A DNA stretch of 64,000 bases, from NCBI RefSeq assembly GCF_006345805.1, contig NC_043002.1, positions 50,406,001 through 50,470,000 of the forward strand, in the 5' to 3' direction. Both the position numbers and the translations under genes were made by a program. Below, in pieces: positions 40,081-54,249 of the stretch. The notes beneath the pieces are model-generated. The model was not told the origin of the DNA. It did no database searches and worked only from the letters and a program-made list of their open reading frames with translations. Positions within the stretch are counted from its first letter, which is position 1; the number at the start of each line of letters is the position of its first letter. The stretch comes from Octopus sinensis. Its lineage: Eukaryota.

Positions 40081-40117
40081 ATCATCATCATCATCATCGT
40101 CGTTATTATTATTATTA

Positions 40118-40163
<46 letters not shown>

Positions 40164-41067
40164 GATTTTTGGCGTGGCGTTAGTAAACCATCCACATCTC
40201 GCAAGCATACAATAGTGTGGGTATTACAACTGCTTTGTATGTATATATTACTAACCCCGAAACTAAATAAGTACTTCACAGAATTAGAATTTAGTGTGAC
40301 TGTAAAAAGTGCTTCTTTGTTTTGCCGTTTGAGACATTCTTTACCTGGGATTCACAGTTATCAAGCGATATCATCTTTCGAATAAGTTGCTATAGATATA
40401 TATCCGCAAGTAATTGCATGCATATTTTATGTAGCAAAAGAGGCGACCTCTGACGACCTATGGAGAAATCCTCGAACACGGAAAACTGGCTGCAGCTAGG
40501 AGTATACTTAAATGCTAAGTCTAGTTTATTTGATAAGTGTAACATCGCCATAAGTGAAAATTACGTAGCTTGGACTCACTGTTGCAAATGAGATAAGGAG
40601 TGAGTAATGAAAACATTGATGCAGAATTTTTTCAAATTAGAACCTCAGTTGTTTTTCTTTCCACCTGTTTTCTCGTTATTGCTTGATTTTTTTCTCTCTT
40701 TTTTTTCTCGAACTTGATATTTTTTTTTATCAAACTCAATCATATGCAATAGCTAGCGTTGAATTCACGCAACAGGTTTACTTTAATTAGTCATTTCTTT
40801 TGGACGATTAATTATGAAGTTGAGAAAAAGAAATGATTAGAATGTGTCGAACAGAAGCAAAGGAACTTGTTTGTGCTGAACACATGGAACTTTGCTGATA
40901 CCGTAAGGGCGAATGCATGTACGATCTATTTGAGCATTTTGAACCTTATAATGACATTGAACTAACCTGTACTTATCATTGCAAAATAGTACATACCTAT
41001 ATGCATACGTGCATGCTTACAACAGATGCACGTACGAATTCAGAAACACTCAAACACTCACACACAT

Positions 41068-41890
41068 AAGAGGGTTGGCTGACAAATTCATACACCCATA
41101 TAATGTGATCAGATAATGTTTATTTTTCAACATAGTCCCCCTTGCGATCCACACGCTTCTTCTGTCGGTGTAGCAGTGCTTGGAACCCATTGGTGAAGAA
41201 GTTTTCATTCTGTTGGTCCATACATGGTCAGATCTTTTATATTTATTGTTGAGGTGTAACATACTAACAACCGATATGACTGCAAAACTGGTTTCCAGCC
41301 AAGTGATTTTTCATGTTGGGGAACAAATGATAGGTAGATGAGGCCAATTCAAGAGAAAAGGGAGGGTGATCAATCAGCACAAATCCACTGTCATGCGCAG
41401 CAGCCATTGAAACCAAGGACTTGTGTATGCTGGAATATTGTCCTGACGATACAAGACCCCACTTTCGTCAGTTTTCTGGGCGTTTGGTCTTGATAGCCTT
41501 TCGTAACTGCCTCTGCAAGTTGGCATAGCACTTTTCATTGATGCGGCTCTTTTGAAGATAGTCCCTAAACACAATGCTTTTTGCAAAACCCCAGGCTGTC
41601 ACCTTCCTTGCAGATGAAACGACCTTGATCTTCTTTGGAGAGGTTGAGGAAGGGTATTTCTACTGCATTGATTATCTCTATGTCTCTGGCTCATAGTGAT
41701 GAAGCCAACACTCATCCTCACTCAGGAAATATTCAAGAGAACAACCTGGGTCAGCCCGAAACATTGTCAGATTTTCCCGTTTTTTTTTCATCCCCCAAAA
41801 CCGATGCCATCACATTCCCTGCAGATGAAACGATCTTGGCCTTCTTTAGAGTAGCTGAAGAGGGGTATTTCCACTGCGAACTGACTAATT
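41068..41890 (-). mobile_element. Degenerate mariner transposase fragments
   Basis: DECWLHHYEPET..MQ*KYPSS..PKKIKVVSSARKV (segment present twice, diverged), RQLRKAIKTKRP, IDHPPFS...HLFPNMK. Confidence 0.75.
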
Positions 41891-41982
41891 AACCAGCAGT
41901 CAATAATAGTTACAGAGGAATGACGATCGTTTTGGTCTCTGAGTTCATACAAATGGGATGAGAAAGTTCTTATGAATGGATG

Positions 41983-42365
41983 GAAGCACTCCGTCGGTTA
42001 CGACGACGAGGGTTCCGGTTGATCCGAATCAACGGAACAGCCTGCACGTGAAATTAACGTGTAAGTGGCTGAGCACTCCACAGACACGTGTACCCTTAAC
42101 GTAGTTCTCGGGGATATTCAGCGTGACACAGAGAGAGACAAGGCCGGCCCTTTGAAATACAGGTACAACAGAAACAGGAAGTAAGAGTGAGAGAAAGTTG
42201 TAGTGAAAGAGTACAGCAGGGATCACCACCATCCCCTGTCGGAGTCTCGAGGAGCTTTAGGTGTTTTCGCTCAATCAACACTCACAACACCCGGTCTGAG
42301 AATCGAAACCGCGATCCTACGACCGCGAGTCCGCTGCCCTAACCACTGGGCCATTGCGCCTCCAC
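41983..42365 (-). mobile_element. SINE family B head with a third tail type
   Basis: Head nearly identical to 28500-28725 but the tail differs; possible TSD cttatgaat at 41969 and 42367. Confidence 0.85.
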
Positions 42366-42642
42366 GCTTATGAATAAAGAAATACAGACGTTCATTGTAA
42401 CGTATCTTGAAATCGTTCGTGGTGAAATTCACGTAGTTACTTTAGATACCGCCAAGTTGTGTAGCTGACGCTTGGAATAATACTTCTTTTTGAACAAATT
42501 TTTTGGGGCAGACAAATGGGTTCATTTCAATGATAGCAAGATGGCTGTTGGGCCCCAGAGAAGAGTGCTTAAAATTGTGGATTTTGATGATAGTGGTAAA
42601 GTTGTATGGGTGACAATAGCTAATCTTACACCATCAAGAAAA

Positions 42643-43035
42643 TCTTTATATATAAAAGTGTTGTGTGTCTGTCTCCTATGATTTAGATTCCTAACTACTC
42701 CCACATTTTGCGGTGCAGTTTAACCAAAACCGGGTATCTTATAGTCGTGATTCATATCGAGCCCTTCTGGGTATTAGCGCGCGTCTACGATGAGTCTACG
42801 ATTTTAAAAATAATTTACCATCATTTTTTCCATTTTAATGCATTTTTTCGCTATTATATAAGGGAAGTAACTCTCTAAAAATGTCTACGATGAGTCAACG
42901 ATTAAAAAAAAAATTTACCATCATTTTTTTCCCATTTTTAATGCATTTTTTGGTATTTTTTGGCTATAACTCTCTGAAAATGCTTATATAGTTATTTCTC
43001 TTACAAACCCGAGCAACGCCGGGCGATACTGCTAG
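42643..43035 (+). mobile_element. Non-autonomous Helitron, 393 bp
   Basis: 5' TC after A, 3' hairpin cccgagcaacgccggg then CTAG before T, no TSD; removing it restores a palindrome arm. Confidence 0.9.
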
Positions 43036-43221
43036 TTACATATAATAGAAAAGTTAAAATTAAAATAACAATTAAAAAGTAAAGATTAAGTAAATTACAA
43101 AAATAATATAATGTATATAATAGGTAGAAAAACCTATTATATACATTATATTATTTTTGTAATTTACTTAATCTTTACTTTTTAATTGTTATTTTAAATT
43201 TAACTTTTCTATTATATGTAA
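43036..43221. repeat. AT-rich palindrome, 90-bp arms with a 6-nt loop
   Basis: 43036-43125 vs 43132-43221, one mismatch. Confidence 0.95.
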
Positions 43222-43300
43222 TTTTCTAGATGATATAATTTAATTATTCATTTTGAATTGATAAAAGGTGTTTTTTTTCTAATATTATTATACTATATTA

Positions 43301-43355
<55 letters not shown>

Positions 43356-43559
43356 ATATATATATATATATATGATATATATATATATATTATTACATAT
43401 ATATATATGTATATGTATATACATATGTGTATGTGTGCGTACATACATATATATATATATTATATATATGTGTGTGGTGAGTGTGCATATATATATATTG
43501 AGAGAGAGGGAGAGAGAGAGAGAGAGGGAGATACATACACACATACATACACACACACT

Positions 43560-43628
<69 letters not shown>

Positions 43629-44076
43629 GCTATGGCTGTGGAATAGTATTATAACACATCCATTTGATATATATATATAGTTTACAATTTAAAGGGAAAA
43701 TCCAGGGGAATAATTACAAGGCAGGTAAATGTTGCTTACGTGTCCCAGGATTTAAATCCGATAAAGTAAGTCGTATTTAGTAGCAAATAGGAAAACTGAA
43801 CAAAGAGACGAACTCTCGGGATATTGTTAAACCATTTATATCTTGAATTTTTCTATATATCTTTTGATGGGTGCACTCCAAAATCTATGTATGTATTTGA
43901 ATATATATGTATACCTGTTTGCGTGTATGTATACGTACATATTTATGTATATGTTTATATGTAACGATATATATATATGTATGTATATGTATATATATAT
44001 ATATATATCTATATATATATACGTTTAAATATTTGTTGTGCAAGATTTTTTATGTGAAGTCGTGTGTTGAAACAGA

Positions 44077-44312
44077 TGTTATATTTCGGAATGGTCATTT
44101 TGCCGTCTGACGGTTAGTAAGGAGAGACACAAATAAGTGAGAAGAAAACAAAGGACCACTGATGCGGTCACAGGAGTGTGACGAAAGAACTCTGGCCGAA
44201 ATAAGATTAAGATTAATGTGGAAAATAAATAACACTGAAGCAAAGTAACACCAAATATAATAGTGCGGGTGTTTTTATTGGCTAAACTGGCAAAATGACC
44301 ATTCCGAAATAT

Positions 44313-44315
<3 letters not shown>
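44077..44315. mobile_element. Element bounded by perfect 28-bp inverted repeats (MITE-like or fold-back)
   Basis: tgttatatttcggaatggtcattttgcc / ggcaaaatgaccattccgaaatataaca. Confidence 0.75.
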
Positions 44316-44349
<34 letters not shown>

Positions 44350-44820
44350 TATATATATGTATAATATAAATAATATATATAGTCATATATATATATATGT
44401 TTACACACACACACATAAAAGCATATATGAGTACAGGATGTCACAAACCGTAAACAACATGAAATAAGAAAAAGGAGTTGAATACATAAACAACGTGAGA
44501 AACAAATGGTAAACAGGACAAGTAACATAAAGAACGACCCTTTATCAGTTGTCGGCTGTCCAACTACACCTCATTTCGAGCACTGAACGACAATATGAGT
44601 CTTCGAAGAGCAATTACTCTCGCAAACGAATATAAAATTTGGGATTTGCGGAGGGTCAAAGCTGGTAACAAAAACAGGACAGTGGAGACGTCCAAGGAAT
44701 TTAGTACCACTTCTGACTGACTTCTTACAAAAGGACATATAATTTTTTGATATGCTATTTCAGTAATAAAAATAATAATAATCATCATCGTCATCGTCGT
44801 CATCATCGTCGTTATTATTA

Positions 44821-44854
<34 letters not shown>

Positions 44855-45129
44855 GGTTACAGATAAATTCTGGCAGAATCGTTAGAACACCGGGCAAAAT
44901 ACTTACCAGCGTTTCGTCCGTCTTTACGTTGAGAGTTATTATTACTTTTTTTATTTCTGCTGCTGCTCCTGTACTATTGTTGTTGCTGTTGTCTTCTTCT
45001 TCTTCTTCTTCTTCTTCTTCTTCTTCTTCTCTTATTCTTCTTCTTCTTCTTCTTCTTCTTCTTCTCCTCCTCCTCCTCCTCCTTCTTCTTCTTCTTCTTC
45101 TTCTTCTTCTTCTTCTTCTTCTTCTTCCA

Positions 45130-45606
45130 ATCAGGACTCACGCCATTAGCCACAAAGAATAATCTCTAATTCGAGCCTACTCTAAGCTACTAAAAACGCG
45201 TGTGGCAACTTGAAGATCCACCCACCACACGCGATAGACTGGCGGTTGCATGGGCGCGAAAGCTACGTTGTTATCCTCATTCCGTGAACGGAGGCTTTTA
45301 ACGGGTGGAGAGCTAAACCATCCTGGGGTACAGAGGATTCGCAATCTAGACTAGTGTCTGAAAGTTTACCACACCATAGTGGGTTACACCATGGTTCCTC
45401 AGCTTCGTGGCAGAAGGAGGAAGAAAGAGTGAGAGAATGTTGTGATGAAAGAGTACAGCTGGGTCCATAACCCCTCCCCGCCGGAGTCTCGTGGAGCTTA
45501 GGTGTTTTTGTTCAATAAACACTCACAATGCCCGGTCTGGGAATCGAAACCGCATTCTTACGACCGTGAGTCCGCTGCCCTAACAGATGGGCCATTGCGC
45601 CTCCAC
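45130..45606 (-). mobile_element. SINE family B with ~270-bp tail, ending at (GAA)n
   Basis: Homologous over its full length to 28256-28725. Confidence 0.85.
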
Positions 45607-45746
45607 TGTTGTTGTTGTTGACGTCGTTGATATGGTGATCATTGCTATTTTGTTACTGTTTTTATATGAGTTTATCTTGATATCTATTTTGAATATTTGG
45701 GGCAGAGGATAGTTCTGTAAAGTCTATATGTATGTATGTGTATGTA

Positions 45747-45847
<101 letters not shown>

Positions 45848-47609
45848 TATACACATACACACATATATATATATGTTTGTTCGCTTTGAACTGCCTATGC
45901 ATGTTTTGCACCGTGAATGTGTTTGTGCGCATGCGTACGTGTGTGTATCCTTGTGTGCGTGTGTCAGTGTGTGTGTGTGTGTGTGTCTGTGCTTGTGCGT
46001 CATGGTGTTGCTTGGTAGGGTTGTAAATGTGGGTGTGTGGGGGGAGATAGTCAATCCCTGGACAGTATAATATGAAATATTGCATGCCTTATCATCAACG
46101 CATATAAATCAGAGCAACAGAAGAATGACTTAAACCCAAGCCCACCCCCACTGCATAGCATGAGACATACATACACACAACCATGCATGTATTCATACAC
46201 ACATACATACACACATACATGTGTGCATACATATATACACACACATACACTTACAAATATATATACATATATACATATACACATATATATATACTTATAT
46301 ATATAGACATAAATCCATATCTCTCTCTCTCTCTCTCTCTCTCCCTATATATATATATATATATATATATACCTATGTATATACATACGCATACTTATGT
46401 GTTTATGCAAACGAAAGAACATAGCACCGACTAAATTATGTATACTTATATACATTCATTTATACATACTTATTTATATACATACATACATACATACATA
46501 AATACATACATACATACACACATACATACATACATACATACATACATACATACATACATACACACATACATACTCGCATACATGCATACGTTCACAATGC
46601 ATGCATGCACACGCACATATACGTGTGTTTGTTTAATGCAAAATGTTCTGTAATACTCACACACATACATACACATATAAATGTATATATGCATTTACAT
46701 GTCGATGCTGACATACATACGCATATATTATATATATATTATATATATATAAATTTCACTCTCTGTATGTATGTATGTATGTATTGTATTATGTATATAT
46801 ATATATCTATATATATATATATATATATATTAATACTATATAATATATATCTATATATATATAAACGTCTATAGATGCGTGTGTAGCATATATATCAACG
46901 AGAGTTTTCTTATAGGGTGGGGATAGGATTAGATCAAATCGCCCAATATCTATTACAGAGATCACTGGCTTACATATAATAATCGTTCTTGAACAATAAC
47001 TGTAGTAGAAGAAAGATGGAGAAGAAAAATAGCATCAATGATAACAATAATGATAATAATAAGAGTAGTGATAGTAGTGACTGTGACGACAATGATGATG
47101 ATGTTGACGAAGATGATTATGACGATACTGATAATGATGATGATTAGTTTTATTTGCTACGGGGACGACAAATGACGGGGGTTATTACAAATACAAAATA
47201 AAAGAACAAAAATGGTGGCTGTTTTGCGTAGAATCGATTACGAAAAATAAATGTTAAATGTAAAGAAAGAGGTAAAAGTATCAATGCAAAAATATATAGA
47301 AAAAAAAAGATATACCGACCAAGAAAGAAAACTATGCAAAAGATGAGACTGTGATGTCGATGATAATGATAATGATGATGATGACGATGATAAAGACGAG
47401 GAGACTCATGATGGCATCATTGACTAAATATGAATAAATACTATAAATGATACTAATAATAAAAAACTACAAAAATACCAACAACAATAGCAGTAATACT
47501 GATTCTTTCGTTATTGGCCACAGGGGCTGCGGAAACGTCTAGAAGAGCACAAAGACAAAAGACAGTGGAGATTTACATAGAAACGTGTAAGCAATAAAAC
47601 AGCATCAGT

Positions 47610-47660
47610 TTGAATAATAATAATGATAATAATGATAATAATAACAACAACAACAACAAC

Positions 47661-47704
<44 letters not shown>

Positions 47705-47741
47705 TAACAATAATAATAATCATAATAATAATAATAATAAT

Positions 47742-47794
<53 letters not shown>

Positions 47795-47807
47795 TAATAA
47801 CAACAAC

Positions 47808-47859
<52 letters not shown>

Positions 47860-48006
47860 GTAGTAATAATAATGATAATAATAATAATAATAATAATAGT
47901 AGTAGTAATAATAATGATAATAATAATAATAATGATAATAATAATAATAATAATAATAATAGTAGTATTAGTAGTAGTAGTAATAATAATAATAATAATA
48001 ATAATC

Positions 48007-48048
<42 letters not shown>

Positions 48049-48067
48049 TAATAATGATAATAACAAC

Positions 48068-48107
<40 letters not shown>

Positions 48108-48127
48108 TTGTAGTAGTAATAATAATG

Positions 48128-48161
<34 letters not shown>

Positions 48162-48179
48162 GTAGTAGTAATAATAATG

Positions 48180-48215
<36 letters not shown>

Positions 48216-48341
48216 GTAGTAGTAATAATAATGATAATAATAATAATAATAATAATAGTAGTAATAATAATGATAATAATAATAATAATGATGTTAATAA
48301 TAATAATAATAATAATAATAGTAGTATTAGTAGTAGTAGTA

Positions 48342-48408
<67 letters not shown>

Positions 48409-48421
48409 TAATAACAACAAC

Positions 48422-48460
<39 letters not shown>

Positions 48461-48611
48461 CGTAGTAGTAATAATAATGATAATAATAATAATAATAATA
48501 GTAGCAGTAATAATAATGATAATAATAATAATAATGATGTTAATAATAATAATAATAATAATAATAGTAGTATTAGTAGTAGTAGTAATAATAATAATAA
48601 TAATAATAATA

Positions 48612-48649
<38 letters not shown>

Positions 48650-48650
48650 G
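47610..48650. repeat. ~1-kb (AAT)n microsatellite with AGT/GAT/AAC variants
   Basis: Directly visible. Confidence 0.95.
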
Positions 48651-48902
48651 TTTCAAATTTTGCCTCGAGGGCATCAATTTTAAGGGAGGAGATGGGTCGA
48701 TTTAATCGACCCCAGTGTTCAACTGGTACTTGATTCATGGACCTCAAAAGGATGAAAGGTAAAGTCGACCTCGGCGGAATTTGAACACAGCACGTGGAAA
48801 CGGACGAAATACCACTAAGCATTTCGTCCGGCGTCCTAACGATTGTGCCAGTTTGCTGCCTTGATAATAATAATAATAATGATGATGATGATAATAATAA
48901 TA

Positions 48903-48974
<72 letters not shown>

Positions 48975-50260
48975 TGATGATGATGATGATGATAATAAAA
49001 ATAACAATGATTTCATATTTTGGTACAAGGCGAAGAATTTCGGGAGAGGGAACATGCAGATTATATTGACATCAGTGCTGAACTGAGGCTTATTTTATCA
49101 ACTTCTAAAAGATAAAAGGCAAAGTCGATCTTGGCGGAATGTGAACTTGGAGCGTGAAGACGGATGAAATGCTACTAAACATTTAGCTCGGCAGTAACAA
49201 GAACAATACAACAACATCCACAGTTATAATACTAATGATTTCAAATTTTACCACAAGGGCTGCAATTTTGGGGAAGGGGAGGAATCGATTGCATTAACCC
49301 AAGTTTTCAACTAGTTCTTATTTTTATCGACAGCGAAAGGATGAAAAGCAAAGTCGACCTCGGCGGAATTGAACTCACGGCATAATGCAGACGAAATACC
49401 GCTAAGCATTTCCACCCGGCGTACTAACCATTCTGCTAGCTCGCCGCCTTAATAATAATGCTTTCAAATAGGCGACGAGCTGGCAGAAACGTTAGCACTG
49501 CGGGCGAAATGCTTAGCGGTATTTCGTCTGCCGCTACTTTCTAAGTACAAATTCCGCCGAGGTCGACTTTGCCTTTCATCCTTTCAAGGTCGATAAATTA
49601 AGTAGCAGTTGCACACTGGGGTCGATGTAATCGACTTAATCCGTTTGTCTGTTCTTGTTTGTCCCCTCTGTGTGTAGCCCCTTGTGGGCAGTAAAAAATA
49701 AGAAACGTTAGCACGCCGGGTGAAATACTTAGTGGTATTTCATCTTTCCTTACGTTGTGAGTTCAAATTCTGCCGAGGTCGACTTTGCTTTTCATTCTTT
49801 CGGAGTTGATAAATTAAGTACCAGTTGCGTACAGGTGTCGATCTCATCGACTGGCCCCTTCCCCCATGATTGTGCCTTGAGTAGAAAAGAATAATGGCTT
49901 GAAATTGCGACACGGGGCCAATATATTTGGAGGCTGAAAGACAAGTTGACTTCGGCAGAATTTGAAATCAAAGACGGACGGAATGGCGCCAAATATTTTG
50001 CCTGGCGTGCTAAATATTCTGGCAGTTCACTGCCTTTTATAAATCTTTCTAATACAGACAGAAAACCTGAAATTTGGTGTGAAGGGTGGGGTGAGAATGC
50101 TAATCGATTACATCGTTCCAAATACATAACTAATACTTATTTTGTTGACCTCCAAAGGATGAAAAGCAAAATCGACTTCAGTGGAATTTGAACTCCGAAC
50201 GTAAAGACAGACGAAACGCCGCTCAACATTATGTCGTCGTGCTAACAATTCTGTCAGCTT
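48645..50260. mobile_element. Dense cluster of family C SINE copies in both orientations
   Basis: Minus copies at ~48645-48860, 49010-49200, 49230-49450 and 49940-50260; plus-strand dimer at ~49468-49920. Confidence 0.8.
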
Positions 50261-50710
50261 TGCACCTCCTATAATGATGATGATGATGATGATTATGATT
50301 TTAATAATATTACTACTACCACTACTACTATTACTACTACTCCTGTTACTGCTATCACTCCTACTGCTGATAATAAGATGATGGTTTCTTTTATTGGCTA
50401 CAAGGGTAACAAAATATAAAGTGACAAATCATAACATACAAAAGGTGGGGTTAACATTGAAATCAGCACCAATATAGATATTACAAAAGATATGAAATAA
50501 TAATGGTCGTTAATTTTGGCAAAAGGCGAACAACTTTTTAAGGAAAAGATTGCTCGAACAGATTGCCTCCCATATTTGACTAGTGCTATATTCTATGGAC
50601 CCTGTAAGGTCAAAAGGCGATGTTAAATTCAGCGCAATTGGATCCATACACAAAAAGCCGGAAAATTATGAAATGACAATTTGTCTGACCTAATAATAAC
50701 AATAATAATG

Positions 50711-50783
<73 letters not shown>

Positions 50784-50786
50784 TAA

Positions 50787-51031
50787 TCTGTTGTGTCTGA
50801 GGAGAGTCATTTTCTTTTGGTGCCTTATAATGTAACACACTCACCTGTAAAATTTCCACTTCTTATTTTTATTTTCCTAAAATTTTCGTTGCGTCTTGCA
50901 ACTATTGAAAAGATTGCAAGACGCAACGAAAATTTTAGGAAAATAAAAATATGAAATAAGTGGAAATTTTACCGGTGAGTGTGTTACATTATAAGACACA
51001 AAAAGAAAATGACTCTCCCCAGACACAGCAG
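50787..51031. repeat. Fold-back palindrome, ~115-bp arms with a 12-nt loop
   Basis: ctgttgtgtctgaggagagtc...cgtcttgcaa | ctattgaaaaga | ttgcaagacg...gactctccccagacacagcag. Confidence 0.9.
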
Positions 51032-51109
51032 AATATGCTTCAACGCACGAACTCACTCATATAAAGAATCTTGCAAACCAAATCCCAAAACGAAATAATA
51101 TTAATAATA

Positions 51110-51480
51110 ATCATCTTTTCTACTATATGCACAAAGCCTGAAATTTGCGGGGAAGGACCAAGCTGATTGTATCAACCCCGAATAGACGAAGGCAAAGTCG
51201 ACCTCAGAGCATAAAGATTGACGAAATGCCGCTAATTATTTGGTCTAGAGTCCTAACGATTCTGCCAGTTACCCGCCTTCAATAATAATAATAACAATAA
51301 TAATAATCCTTTCTACAAAAGGCACAAGGCTTGAAATTTTCGGAGGAAGAGACTAATCAATTACATCGACCCCAGTGCAGAACTGGTAGTTATTTCTGGC
51401 ATTTGAACTCAGAACGTATAGACGGGAGAAATGCATCCCTGCATTTCGCCCGGCGTACTAACGATTCTGCCACCTCGCCG
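51110..51480 (-). mobile_element. Two degenerate family C SINE copies
   Basis: ggcaaagtcgacctc and cgaccccagtgcagaactggta motifs; heads ending gccgcctt/cctcgcc. Confidence 0.7.
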
Positions 51481-52096
51481 ATTTATTCAGTAACAATAAT
51501 GATTATGAGAAACTAATGTAAGGTAATGGCGAACGGCAGGAAAAGAAATAGAGGGAGAGAGAGAGAGAGAGAGAAAGAGGGACGAGAAAGAAAAATAAAT
51601 AATCGTTCAAGTAATCTTTTATTTCTATTTTTGAAGCTTTATCCACAAGCAACGGTTATAGTATTTCGTTATTATATTCAGGACCCTGGACATGTCAAGT
51701 GTAGACAAAATATGTAGAAAATTATTGCTTAAATAGAGCATTCATTTCTTTTTACATTTCCTACAACATACACCCCCGCCCCTGACCACAACTAAATCGT
51801 TGTTTGTATTGCACTGTCGTGTGTGTTTGTATGTGTGTATGTATAAGAATGTATGTATATATGTATCCATGTATACACACACGCAGACATACATGTATAT
51901 TTGTACATAGACACATTTGTGTGTTTGTTATAGCAGTCAGCCATGTTTTTAAATGAAAATGTGACATATATATTTGGGTCTGTATGTGTACGTGTATACA
52001 TGTGTGTATGTGTGTGTATACATACTGACACATATTCATGCATTTATATATTTATATATGCTTTATATTTATAATCTTTACAAATATATATATATG

Positions 52097-52133
<37 letters not shown>

Positions 52134-52559
52134 TTCTAACCTTTATATATTATAAATATATATGTTTGTGTGTGTGTATGTGTGTATGAATGTACGAGCA
52201 TTTACGTATATATATATATATATATATATACACATACATAAACACACTCACACATGCATATACACCCACCCACACGCATCCATGTTGCCTCGACTCCTTC
52301 ACCATCAACTTTCACTTTCATCTCTCATCGATTGGATTGTTTCATTATTTTGCTCTCTCTCTCTCTCTCACTCATCTTTTTTTTCCTTCTTCCATAGTCG
52401 ATGTGGAATGACGGACTGCAAGGGAAGGAGAGCAAAATAAAAAAAGGAAAAGACTGAAAGGAGAAAAAAAAGAAAAAAATGCTTACATGAAAAAATATAT
52501 AAAGGCGTAAACATATATGTATATATATGTGTGTGTATATGTATATATATATATATATC

Positions 52560-52593
<34 letters not shown>

Positions 52594-52691
52594 ATATATA
52601 AAATAAAAAGCGATGCAAAATACAACAGCGACGAGAGGGAGAAAAAACAGTCAAACTCAAAAAGAAAAGGAATCAATAAACAAATAAGCGA

Positions 52692-52777
<86 letters not shown>

Positions 52778-52799
52778 CATGTATGTATGTATGTATGCA

Positions 52800-52841
<42 letters not shown>

Positions 52842-53232
52842 ATGTATATTGATATTGATATAAGGACATAGAGGAAATATATAAAGGCGAGAAAAAAAGT
52901 AAAAGCTGGTAAATATAAAGCAATAAAAGAATAACCAAAGTACGTTCTGCGATATCGTTACATCTTAAAGGGAAGTAATGTTCTTCGGTTATTAGAAGAA
53001 CGTTTTTTATAGACCTCGCTACACACATAAATACATGCTTAAATGTTCGTACGTGTCGTGTTTGCTGTAGCGTATGTGTGTCAGTGTGTATAGAGAAAAT
53101 TATTTAGTTTTATATATATATATATATGTGTATGTATGCATGTATGTATGTATGTATGTATGTATGTATGTATGTATGTATGTATGTATGTATGTATGCC
53201 ATTGTATATCTGGATCATGTATTTATCGATGC

Positions 53233-53314
<82 letters not shown>

Positions 53315-53451
53315 TTACCTATTTAATCTGTATGCGGATGTATCTTGCAGTTAAGTGTTTACAAATATATAAATATGTGTTTGTGTGAGTGTGAGTGCAT
53401 ATATATATATATGTATATACACATATATATATGTATATATGTGTATATATT

Positions 53452-53488
<37 letters not shown>

Positions 53489-53515
53489 TTACACATACAT
53501 ATATACATACATACA

Positions 53516-53549
<34 letters not shown>

Positions 53550-54029
53550 CATACATATATATATGCATGTATGTATTTTTTATTCTTTAATGCGTTTTGA
53601 GCCCCAAAATCGCGACCATGCTGGAGCACCAGATATACATACGCATTCTCGTTTTGTACATTCCCGTATTTTTACTCCCTCTTTATCTATGTCTGTATGT
53701 ATTATGTATGTATATGTTTGTATATGTGTGCGTGTGTGTCGGGGGGGGGGGTAAAGAGAAAGAAAGGGGAGAGGGAGGAACGTGAAGATATTCATTCATG
53801 CATGCACTAACCCATATACACTTAGGTGCAAACACATACATACACAAACACACACACACGTACACACATACACACACGCACACATGCACACACGCATACA
53901 CGCACATACTCACACACTGGCATTCCGACACCCAAAAATATGTACAATTTATTCCGTTTAAAATCCGTTCACAAGTTTCACTTTTTAAACATATTTAAAG
54001 TGTAATGTAAATACTTTAGATTCTTCATT

Positions 54030-54198
54030 CGACAGAATGCTTCACGGTATCTGCGTTCTGAGTTCAAATTCGGCTGACGTCGACTTTGCCTCTCATTTTT
54101 CAGGGTCGATAAAATAAGTACCAGTCGAAAAGTGCGGTCGATGTAACCGACTAAACCTGTTCCCTGAAAGTGATGGCCTTGTGCCAAAATTTGAAACG

Positions 54199-54200
<2 letters not shown>
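54030..54200 (+). mobile_element. SINE family C
   Basis: gttctgagttcaaattcggctgacgtcgactttgcc...ggtcgataaaataagtaccag. Confidence 0.75.

Positions 54201-54249
<49 letters not shown>

Noticed and set aside
40450-40480. ctgacga-cctatgga-gaaat as a hammerhead
   Set aside because: Stems I and III do not pair.
42300-42365. tRNA genes at SINE heads
   Set aside because: A/B boxes are present, but acceptor stems do not close and each continues into a repeat body.
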